From Myxococcales bacterium (GTDB lineage: Bacteria > Myxococcota_A > UBA9042 > JABWCM01 > BTVJ01), in NCBI GenBank assembly GCA_045863395.1, contig BTVJ01000004.1, positions 128,001 through 192,000 on the forward strand: 64,000 nt of DNA. The letters are read 5' to 3'. Both the position numbers and the translations under genes were made by a program. Every line of letters starts with the position of its first letter. Within the stretch, counting starts at the first letter, position 1. Below the pieces are notes generated by a model. The model was not told the DNA's origin. It was given only the letters and a program-made list of their open reading frames with translations, and made no database searches. Shown piece by piece: positions 56,692 through 64,000 of this stretch.

Positions 56692-58221
56692 ATGAAGCTC
56701 AGCGTGTGGACCGCCGCGCTGGCGGTCGCCATCGCCGCGACGATGGCGTGCTCGGACCTACCGGAGACCATGGGCAACGACCTGTCGAGCGTCACCGAGG
56801 GAGAGCTGGTCTCGACCCTCTGCGGGGGCCCGAAGGGTCTCCTCTGCGCCAAGGACGAGTACTGCAAGAAGCGGGTCGACACCTGCGGTGACGCCGCCGC
56901 CTACGGCACGTGTACGGCGCGGCCCACCATCTGCCCGCTCTACTACAAGCCCGTGTGCGGCTGCGACGGCAAGACCTACGGCAACGACTGCGAGCTGGCC
57001 GCCTCGGGCGTCAACAAGAAGGCGGACGGGCCCTGCCCGTCGGCGTGCTCCCTCGGCGCGAACGACTGCCCGCAGGGGAGCGTCTGCGACCCCGTGCCCG
57101 GCTGCGGCGACAGCATCGCCGGCACCTGTGTGCCCAAGCCCACGGCGTGCCCCCGCACCTGGGCCCCGGTGTGCGGCTGTGACGGCAAGACCTACCCCAA
57201 CGACTGCACGCGCCTGCTCGTGGGCGCCGACAAGGCCCACGACGGCGCCTGCCCTGCGACCTGCGGCGGCATCACCGGCAAGGTCTGCCCGGCCGGCCGC
57301 TACTGCGACTTCCCGGCAGGCACCTGCGGTACGGGCGATCAAGAGGGGGTCTGCAAGGCGCCGCCCCACGTCTGCCCCGACGTCTGGGCCCCCGTGTGCG
57401 GCTGCGACGGCAAGACCTACGGCAACGACTGCGAGCGGGCGGCGGCGGGCGCGTCCAAGCTCCACGACGGCGCCTGCAAGCCGGTCTCCGAGTGCCAGAC
57501 CAACGAGGACTGCAAGAAGGGCGACTACTGCTCGCTGGAGACCTTCTGCATCTGCCCGCCGGACACGGACCCGGCCTGTCTGGCGCCGTGCCTGCTCGTC
57601 GGGACCTGCCGCCCCATGTGCGAGATCCTGGACCCGCTCCCCTACGAGCTGTGCGGCGACGGCATCGACAACGACTGCAACGGCCTCGTGGACGACGGCT
57701 GCAAGTGCGCCACCGACGCGGACTGCCCGCCCAAGACCTGGTGCCAGTGGCTGGGCCTCGAGTCTCCCGCCTGCATGCCAATCCCCGACGGCGCTTGCAA
57801 CGACGACGGCGACTGCAAGGACGGCCAGGTGTGCGATCCTCCGCAGGTCTGCCCCATGTGCATCGGGTGCCCGTGCTTCGGCCAGTGCGTGGACCCGGTG
57901 CCCCCGTCCGGGTGCTGCAAGACGGACGCAGACTGCCCCAGTGGGAAGTGCGTCGGGACGGTGTGCAAGGACGAGCCGCCGGCCGGCTCCTGCTGGAGCG
58001 ACTCAGACTGCGTGATGGGCGCGACCTGCAAGGACGAGTTCGTGTGTCCCTGTGGGGCCCTGTGCGGCCCTCTGCCCGACAAGCTCGGCACCTGCGCCTA
58101 TGACTACCCGCCGTGCGGCGGCAGCGGCACCTGCCCCGCCGGCAGCGTCTGCCAGTGCCTCCCCGACCCCACCTGCCCCGCCTGCACCGTCTGCTGGTTC
58201 GGCTGCGTGCCGAAGAGCTGA
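56692..58221 (+). CDS. Cys-rich lipoprotein with three Kazal-like protease-inhibitor domains
   Basis: TMAC lipobox-like; three CPxxxxPVCGCDGKTYxNDC units; further Cys-rich modules. Confidence 0.88.
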   Translation: MKLSVWTAALAVAIAATMACSDLPETMGNDLSSVTEGELVSTLCGGPKGLLCAKDEYCKKRVDTCGDAAAYGTCTARPTICPLYYKPVCGCDGKTYGNDCELAASGVNKKADGPCPSACSLGANDCPQGSVCDPVPGCGDSIAGTCVPKPTACPRTWAPVCGCDGKTYPNDCTRLLVGADKAHDGACPATCGGITGKVCPAGRYCDFPAGTCGTGDQEGVCKAPPHVCPDVWAPVCGCDGKTYGNDCERAAAGASKLHDGACKPVSECQTNEDCKKGDYCSLETFCICPPDTDPACLAPCLLVGTCRPMCEILDPLPYELCGDGIDNDCNGLVDDGCKCATDADCPPKTWCQWLGLESPACMPIPDGACNDDGDCKDGQVCDPPQVCPMCIGCPCFGQCVDPVPPSGCCKTDADCPSGKCVGTVCKDEPPAGSCWSDSDCVMGATCKDEFVCPCGALCGPLPDKLGTCAYDYPPCGGSGTCPAGSVCQCLPDPTCPACTVCWFGCVPKS

Positions 58222-58266
58222 CCCCCGCACGAAGGCCTCGCCACGAGAGTCCTCCGCAGTCTGGAA

Positions 58267-59106
58267 TCACCGCACCACGAGCACCGGGCAGGGCACTCCC
58301 TCGATGAGGCCGACCAGGTGATCCGGCTCCAGCAGCGGGCTGGACGCCGACATGGCGAGCATCCCGCCGCCCTCCTCGTGGACCACGCGGCAGATGACCC
58401 GCTCCGACGTGCCGCCGGCGATGCGCATCCGAAGGCGCGCGCCGACCGGGGCGACGGCGCGCGCCACGGCCTCGCGGATGCGGCTCGCGTCCTCGACCCC
58501 CTCGGCGAGCACCACCAGCACGACGCGGCGAAGATCGCCCTGCTCGATGGCGTAGGCGAGGGACGCGGCGCGGATGGAACCCTCCGATCCGTCGCACGCC
58601 ACCACGGTCGGACCACCGGTGCGCGCCCCCTGGCGCAGGAGCAGGACGGATCGGGGTCCCCCGGCGATGGCCGCCCGCGCGGTGGAGCCGACCGCTGCCC
58701 GAGACCCCAGGTCCCGGCTCGACAGGCCGACCGTCAGCAGGTCGCAGCTCTGTGCCGCGTCGAGGAGCTCGTGGGTCACCCGCCCGCGGACGACCCGGAA
58801 GGACCAGGTCACATGAGCCGCCTGCGCAGCCAGCGCCAGGGCGGCCCGCGCGATGCCGCCGACGGCGCGGAGCTGCCGGTCCATGACGGGCCGGTCGATG
58901 GGACGTGCGAGGGCCGTCGCCCGTGTGACCTCGCTGGCGAAGGGCAGCCCGGCCAGGCGCACCAGGTTGATGTCCTCGACGAAGACCCCCTCCAGGTGGG
59001 CGTGGAGCCGCGCCGCCAGCCGCACCGCCTCGTCGATGGCCGCGATGCTGTGGGTGGAGGCGTCGACCCCGACCAGGATGCGCCGGATGGGAAGGCCGTC
59101 GCTCAT
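58267..59106 (-). CDS. Universal stress protein (tandem USP)
   Basis: RRILVGVDAS; DLLTVG...GSTA; ends CPVLVVR; ATGA overlap with the upstream gene. Confidence 0.88.
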   Translation of the reverse strand: MSDGLPIRRILVGVDASTHSIAAIDEAVRLAARLHAHLEGVFVEDINLVRLAGLPFASEVTRATALARPIDRPVMDRQLRAVGGIARAALALAAQAAHVTWSFRVVRGRVTHELLDAAQSCDLLTVGLSSRDLGSRAAVGSTARAAIAGGPRSVLLLRQGARTGGPTVVACDGSEGSIRAASLAYAIEQGDLRRVVLVVLAEGVEDASRIREAVARAVAPVGARLRMRIAGGTSERVICRVVHEEGGGMLAMSASSPLLEPDHLVGLIEGVPCPVLVVR

Positions 59107-61532
59107 CGTGGCCCCTCCTTGTCGGGCGCCGACGCCCTCCGGCGGGACTCGGCGAAGGACAGGAGCCGCGCCTCGACGCGCGCGTTGATCGTGCCCTCCG
59201 GGAATCGCCCGTCCTCGCCCCGCTCCCCGGCGGGCACCCCGGTCAGCAGCTCGATGCCCTGCGCGATGGTCGCGACCGGCCACACCCGGAACCTCCCCGC
59301 CCGCACCGCCTCCACCACGTCGTCCCGCAGCATCAGGTGGCGCACGTTGGACGCGGGGATGAGCACCCCCTGCTCCCCGGTGAGCCCCCGCGACGCGCAC
59401 AGGTCGAAGAAGCCCTCGATCTTCTCGTTCGCCCCCCCGATGGCCTGCACCTCCCCGTGCTGGTTCACCGAGCCCGTCACGGCCAGCGCCTGGCTGATCG
59501 GCGCCCCGGCCAGCGCCGACAGGAGCGCGTACAGCTCGGCGGACGACGCGCTGTCACCGTCCACGCCGCCGTAGGACTGCTCGAAGACCAGGCTCGCCCA
59601 GAGCGACAGGGGCTGCTCGGGGAGGAACATCCCCGCCAGATACCCGCCGAGGATCAGGACGCCCTTGGAGTGGAGCGGCCCCCCCAGCTCCACCTTGCGC
59701 TCGATGTCGACGACTTCGCCCGTCCCGAGGCGCACCCGCGCCGTGATGCGCGACGGCCGCCCGAAGGCGTGCCCCCCGATCTGGATCACGCTGAGCCCGT
59801 TGATCTGCCCGACCATCGCCCCCTGGGTCTGGAGCAGCACCACCCCGTCCTCGATGCTCTTGTGCATGCGCTCGCGGATGCGCCCCACCCGGTGCTCCTG
59901 CGCCGTGATGGCCGCGACCACGTGCTCCCCGAGCACCATGTCCGCCCCCGCCTGGCCCGCCACGTAGTCCGCCTCGCGGAGCAGGTCCCCCATGCCCCGC
60001 ACGAGGGTGGACATCCGGTCGGCGTCGCCCGCGTCCCGCGCACCCCGATCCACGATGCGCGCGACGGCGGTCTTGTGCAGAGGCCGCAGCTTCGCGCGCC
60101 TGGCCATGCTGGCGAGGAGCCTCGCGTAGAGCTGCACCCCCTCCTCGGTCCGCTCCATGTCCTCATCGAAGTCCACGACCACCTTGAACAGGTCGTCGAA
60201 GTCAGGGTCCAGCTCCGAGAGCAGGTAGTAGAGCATGCGGTCCCCGATGAGGACCACCTTGACCTCCAGCGGGATGGGCTCGGGCTCAAGGGACACGGTG
60301 GACGCCAGGGACAGGGCCTGCTCCAGGGACTCGATGCGCACCTCCCGGGAGCGAAGCGCCCGCTTGAGGCCCTCCCAGGCATAGGGGTTCTGCAGGAGGC
60401 GCCGCGCGTCGAGGATCAGATACCCCCCGTTGGCCCGGTGCAGCGCCCCCGGCTTGATCAGCAGGAAGTCCGTGACCAGCGCCCCGAACTGGGCGCGGTG
60501 CTCCACGCGCCCGACCAGGTTGGCGTAGGTGGGGTGGTCCTCGTACACCACGGGGGCGCCCGCCGCGTCGTCGTGGTCCACCAGCACGTTGGCCTGGTAG
60601 CGGCGCGCCTTGGGGTCCCCCATGAGCATCGCCCCCATGGGCAGCTTCTCGGCCTTGCCCTCGTCGCCGCCGAGAAACTGGTCCGCGTTGTCCACGACGT
60701 CCTTGCGCACGGTCTCCAGATGGGCGACCACGTCCGGCAGGTCCCCCCACGTGCCGATGAGCTCGTCGATGAGGTGGCGCACCGCGGCCTCCGTCACGAC
60801 CCGCGACAGCTCCTTCATGCGCTCCCGCGCCGCCCGCTTCCACTGGGGCACGAGGTCCAGCGTCTTGCGCAGCTCCTCCTGGAGCGCCTCCACCTCCTCG
60901 CCGACCTTCTGCTGCTCCTCCTTCGGGAGCTTGTGGAAGTCGTCGGGCGGCAGCACCTCGCCGTCACGCAGCGGCGCGAACGCCAGCCCGGCGGGCGTGC
61001 GGATCAGCGCGATGCCTCGCTCCTGGGCCTTCGCCTGGAGCCCGGACAGGGTCTCCTCCTGGAGCTCCCGGAACTCCTCCTCGATCTCCTGCCGGCGCGC
61101 CCGGAACTCGTCGCTCTCGAAGGCGGCGGGGATGGAGGTCCCCAGGTCCTCGACGAGCCGGATCAGGTCCTGGCGGAGCTGGACGGCCCGCCCGGACGGG
61201 AGACGCAGCGCCCGCGGCTTGTGGGACTGCTCGAAGTCGTTGACGTAGCACCAAGCCGACGCCCGGGGCAGGTCCTTGGCCGCCGCGCGCACGAAGTCCT
61301 CGACCACCGAGTGCTTGCCCACCCCTGGCGGCCCGAGCGCGAACAGGTTGTAGCCGTCGTGGCGGATGTTCATGCCGAAGCGGATGGCGGACACGGCCCG
61401 GCTCTGCCCGATGACCTCGGTCAGCTCGGGCAGGTCATCGGTGCTCTCGAAGCTCAGGGAGTCGGGGTCGCACCGGCGAGCCAGGGCGTCGGGGGCGAGC
61501 GGGGCGAGCGGGGCGGCCAGATCAGTGGTCAT
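59103..61532 (-). CDS. Lon-like (LonB/LonC-type, S16) protease
   Basis: IGQSRAV, GPPGVGK, PGALHRANGGYL, GQINGLSV, DGDSAS (catalytic Ser), NEKIEGF (catalytic Lys). Confidence 0.93.
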   Translation of the reverse strand: MTTDLAAPLAPLAPDALARRCDPDSLSFESTDDLPELTEVIGQSRAVSAIRFGMNIRHDGYNLFALGPPGVGKHSVVEDFVRAAAKDLPRASAWCYVNDFEQSHKPRALRLPSGRAVQLRQDLIRLVEDLGTSIPAAFESDEFRARRQEIEEEFRELQEETLSGLQAKAQERGIALIRTPAGLAFAPLRDGEVLPPDDFHKLPKEEQQKVGEEVEALQEELRKTLDLVPQWKRAARERMKELSRVVTEAAVRHLIDELIGTWGDLPDVVAHLETVRKDVVDNADQFLGGDEGKAEKLPMGAMLMGDPKARRYQANVLVDHDDAAGAPVVYEDHPTYANLVGRVEHRAQFGALVTDFLLIKPGALHRANGGYLILDARRLLQNPYAWEGLKRALRSREVRIESLEQALSLASTVSLEPEPIPLEVKVVLIGDRMLYYLLSELDPDFDDLFKVVVDFDEDMERTEEGVQLYARLLASMARRAKLRPLHKTAVARIVDRGARDAGDADRMSTLVRGMGDLLREADYVAGQAGADMVLGEHVVAAITAQEHRVGRIRERMHKSIEDGVVLLQTQGAMVGQINGLSVIQIGGHAFGRPSRITARVRLGTGEVVDIERKVELGGPLHSKGVLILGGYLAGMFLPEQPLSLWASLVFEQSYGGVDGDSASSAELYALLSALAGAPISQALAVTGSVNQHGEVQAIGGANEKIEGFFDLCASRGLTGEQGVLIPASNVRHLMLRDDVVEAVRAGRFRVWPVATIAQGIELLTGVPAGERGEDGRFPEGTINARVEARLLSFAESRRRASAPDKEGPR

Positions 61533-61590
61533 TGCACCCTCCTTGCAGCGCCCACTCTACGCCACGGCGCGAGTTCCGCAAGCTGAACGC

Positions 61591-61622
61591 AGGAAAGCCG
61601 ACCCCCCCGTGAGGGGGCCGGC
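61591..61622 (-). terminator. Probable intrinsic terminator
   Basis: Minus strand GC-rich hairpin GCCGGCCCCCT...GGGGGGTCGGC followed by TTT, ~30 nt after the stop at 61651. Confidence 0.65.
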
Positions 61623-61650
61623 CCGCGTGCGCTCTTCCCTGGGGATCGGG

Positions 61651-62109
61651 CTAGAACTGACCCTGAAGGAGCGCCTCGCCGATGCGGCCGCTGAGGTTGG
61701 TGGACGGCACCTGGGCGGAGTGCACCGCGCCAGAGACGTTCTGGTTGAAGCCCTTGTACGTCACCGGCGAGGTCGTGGAGCGCCCATCGACCCGGAAGAC
61801 GAACTCGTACGTGCCGGTGGGGCTCAGGTTCGCCGTGTCCAACGCGCTCGTGTTGTAGCTGAAGGTCACCGTCCCGCTGCTGGGGTCCGTCGACTTGTTG
61901 ACACCCGAGGACGGGGCCTGCCACATGGTGCGGCCGTTGCTCTTGTCGATGATCAGGAACGTCCCGTTCACCTGATCTGCGTCACCCTGCACGATGCCGA
62001 CCAGAGCGCTCGTGATGAGGCCTGCCTTCGCCTCACGGACGTCCTGGTTCGCCGTCACAGCCACCAGCGCGAGGAGCGCAGCGGCAGACCAGCGCACGTA
62101 CCTCTTCAT
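61651..62109 (-). CDS. Secreted hypothetical protein (paralog B, 152 aa)
   Basis: AAGGAG RBS; signal peptide ending AKA; beta-rich Ser/Thr/Gly body. Confidence 0.82.
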   Translation of the reverse strand: MKRYVRWSAAALLALVAVTANQDVREAKAGLITSALVGIVQGDADQVNGTFLIIDKSNGRTMWQAPSSGVNKSTDPSSGTVTFSYNTSALDTANLSPTGTYEFVFRVDGRSTTSPVTYKGFNQNVSGAVHSAQVPSTNLSGRIGEALLQGQF

Positions 62110-62193
62110 GATCCGTACTCCTTTTCCCTCATGGGAGCTGTTCGTCGAAGTTCGTCTGGCCCGACCTGGGCCCGTATCGGACTGCACGCTGGT

Positions 62194-62712
62194 CTACTTG
62201 AGGAGCTGCTTCAGCTTGCCCTTGGCCTTGGAGGTCTTCGTGATGGCCACGAGCTCGACGCGCCCGGAGATGTCGCCGCCCGGAAAGATGGCCACCGTCT
62301 TGTCGCCCAGGATCTGTGCCCAGCTCTCGGACACGATCTGCTCGAGCCACTCCACGTACACGGGGGTGCCCACGTGGCGGGCGTCGACGCGCATCGCCCA
62401 CTCGAAGACCTTGCCCTCCAGGTCCGGGTCGCTCGGGATGAAGGCCGAGACCTCGTAGCCGCCCTTGATGGCCTTGGCGCCCATGAGGTCCGGGTCCACG
62501 TCCCACACCACCTCGCCGCTCGCGACGTCCATGAGGACGAAGGTGACCCGGAGATCCGACAGGCTGGCCTTGGTGTACACCTCACCGGCCAGCAGACAGG
62601 CGTTGCCCAGGTCGTCCTTGGGCTTCGCCGACGCGAGGGAGGGAGCCCCCACCGCCAGCAACAGGGCCGCTACTACGGCCGCCTTCACGATCCCCCGGGT
62701 CCTGCCTCTCAT
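62194..62712 (-). CDS. Secreted hypothetical protein (paralog A, 172 aa)
   Basis: GGAGAGG RBS; signal peptide ending ASA; shares colinear motifs with 61651-62109. Confidence 0.82.
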   Translation of the reverse strand: MRGRTRGIVKAAVVAALLLAVGAPSLASAKPKDDLGNACLLAGEVYTKASLSDLRVTFVLMDVASGEVVWDVDPDLMGAKAIKGGYEVSAFIPSDPDLEGKVFEWAMRVDARHVGTPVYVEWLEQIVSESWAQILGDKTVAIFPGGDISGRVELVAITKTSKAKGKLKQLLK

Positions 62713-62770
62713 GTGCCTCTCCTTTGGTTGAAGTCTCGTTCCAGCCCGTTCCGCTGCGGGAGGAGACAAC

Positions 62771-62786
62771 AGCAACGATCATGCCA
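62771..62786 (-). promoter_or_regulatory. Sigma54 promoter of the paralog pair
   Basis: Minus strand TGGCATGATCGTTGCT, one mismatch from TGGCACG-N4-TTGCW. Confidence 0.75.
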
Positions 62787-63067
62787 GCAACGGTTCAGCC
62801 ACGGGGACAACGTATTTTCAAGTAGTTGCGGCTCATGGAACATGGGAGGTCGCCTTGCGGGCCCGGGTTCCGCTCAACCCCCACGGGGGGACCGGGAGCT
62901 CCAACCGTTGAGAAAGTCAAAGCCTTTACAGCCACTTACAGCACACGAGCGCGTTCGGGCCCGAGCGGGTGGCGGTCACCCCGGGTGGGTGGACGATGAC
63001 CCACGGGGAGCCGTGGGCGCACCAGGAGCGTGACGACGTCACCGATGCCCGCTAAGATGCAGCCCCG

Positions 63068-64000
63068 ATGACCACGGACGCCCCCAGCTCCCCACCCGTC
63101 GCGCGGGCCCGGTGCTTCCGCCTCGTGAGCGGGCTGCCCATCAGGGGGTGCCTCACCGTTGACCAGGAGCACCTGCGCTTCGACGCGCTCGGCCTGCTCG
63201 GGCGCGCACTCGGCGACTCCACCGTGGAGGTGGCCCTCGGGGACATCGACGAGGTGCGGGTGGCGGGTGTCGACCGTCACATCGTGGTCGTATGCGGCGA
63301 GCGGACGCTCCGCTTCACCGGGCGGGGCGCACGCGACCTCCTGGGGCCGCTCCAGGTGCTGCGCGCGGCCGCCTGGCACCCCGGCGGAGCGGCGGTCATC
63401 GACCTCTTCGGCTCGCCGGACCACGCGGTCATCCGGGGCCCGGGGCGCCTGTTCGTCAACCGCCTCATGGCCGTGCCGGGCACGGTTGCCCTGTCGTCGC
63501 GGCGCCTGACGTTCACGCCGACATCCCGGCTCGAGACCTGGGCGTGGGGCACCGGCCTCGTGGAGCTGGACCTCCGCGAGCTGCGGGACCTGCGCATGAC
63601 GGGCCTGCGCGCGACGCTCCAGGTGCAGGACGACCGGCGCACCTGGCGCCTCGGCGGCCCCCTCTCGCCGGCCCTCTTCGGGGCGATTCGCATCCTGCAG
63701 GGCGGCGAGCTGCGGGCCGCCATGCCGCCCGGTGAGCGTGAGCTCTTCGTGGACGCCTGGCCAGCGCGCTTCGGTCGCGGCGGCCACACGGAGCCGGGGA
63801 CTCTGGTGATCGGGTCCCACCGCCTCGTGTTCGTCCCGAGCTCCCACGGACCCGTGGATGAGCTCCCCCTCCATGCGGTGACCCGCCTCCATGTCGACCC
63901 GACGTCGTCACGACGGCTGACGCTGCGGCTAGGCGACCGGATCGTGAACATCCACGCGGTGCACGCCGCGGAGCACGCCAGGGAGCTGGCGCGCCTGCTG
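63068..64000 (+). CDS. 3'-truncated protein with ~3 PH/GRAM-like repeats
   Basis: Open frame from ATG 63068 to the window end (absent from the ORF track because it has no stop). Repeats GCLTVDQEHLRF, GTVALSSRRLTF, GTLVIGSHRLVF. Confidence 0.7.
   Translation, partial: MTTDAPSSPPVARARCFRLVSGLPIRGCLTVDQEHLRFDALGLLGRALGDSTVEVALGDIDEVRVAGVDRHIVVVCGERTLRFTGRGARDLLGPLQVLRAAAWHPGGAAVIDLFGSPDHAVIRGPGRLFVNRLMAVPGTVALSSRRLTFTPTSRLETWAWGTGLVELDLRELRDLRMTGLRATLQVQDDRRTWRLGGPLSPALFGAIRILQGGELRAAMPPGERELFVDAWPARFGRGGHTEPGTLVIGSHRLVFVPSSHGPVDELPLHAVTRLHVDPTSSRRLTLRLGDRIVNIHAVHAAEHARELARLL

Noticed and set aside
58267..61532. Lon-like protease + USP operon as novel
   Set aside because: Both are recognisable common families; nothing anomalous in the sequence.
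62905..62925. TTGAGAAAGTCAA as an FNR box
   Set aside because: Spacer is one base short of TTGAT-N4-ATCAA and inner bases mismatch.

Overview
High-GC bacterial chromosome segment, most likely from a Myxococcota-like organism. This is inferred from MYXO-CTERM-type C-termini, many Cys-rich secreted or lipoprotein genes, a TPR/PEGA protein and a myxobacterial-style pilin. I call about 43 real CDSs; most other long ORFs in the track are GC-bias shadow frames. Surface and secreted proteins dominate: a giant Ig-like repeat adhesin, TSP3, CARDB, Kazal, serpin, Kelch, metalloprotease and Cys-rich repeat proteins. They are mixed with ordinary genes such as SNF2/SWIM, Lon-like protease/USP, ABC1 kinase, MscS-cNMP channel, HD hydrolase, OmpA, transglycosylase and GT39. 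I found no rRNA, tRNA, CRISPR array or transposase. Best leads: (1) a lower-GC four-gene surface-protein operon (6.4-14.1 kb) whose first gene has an (AC)11(TC)9 tract that puts the RBS-linked ATG out of frame, a candidate phase-variation switch; (2) a self-contained sigma54-promoter-to-terminator unit encoding two diverged paralogous secreted proteins of unknown family (61.6-62.8 kb); (3) a lipoprotein ending in a complete six-Cys defensin-like motif; (4) a eukaryote-type phosphoglycolate phosphatase. All family assignments come from motif recognition by eye; no searches were run.
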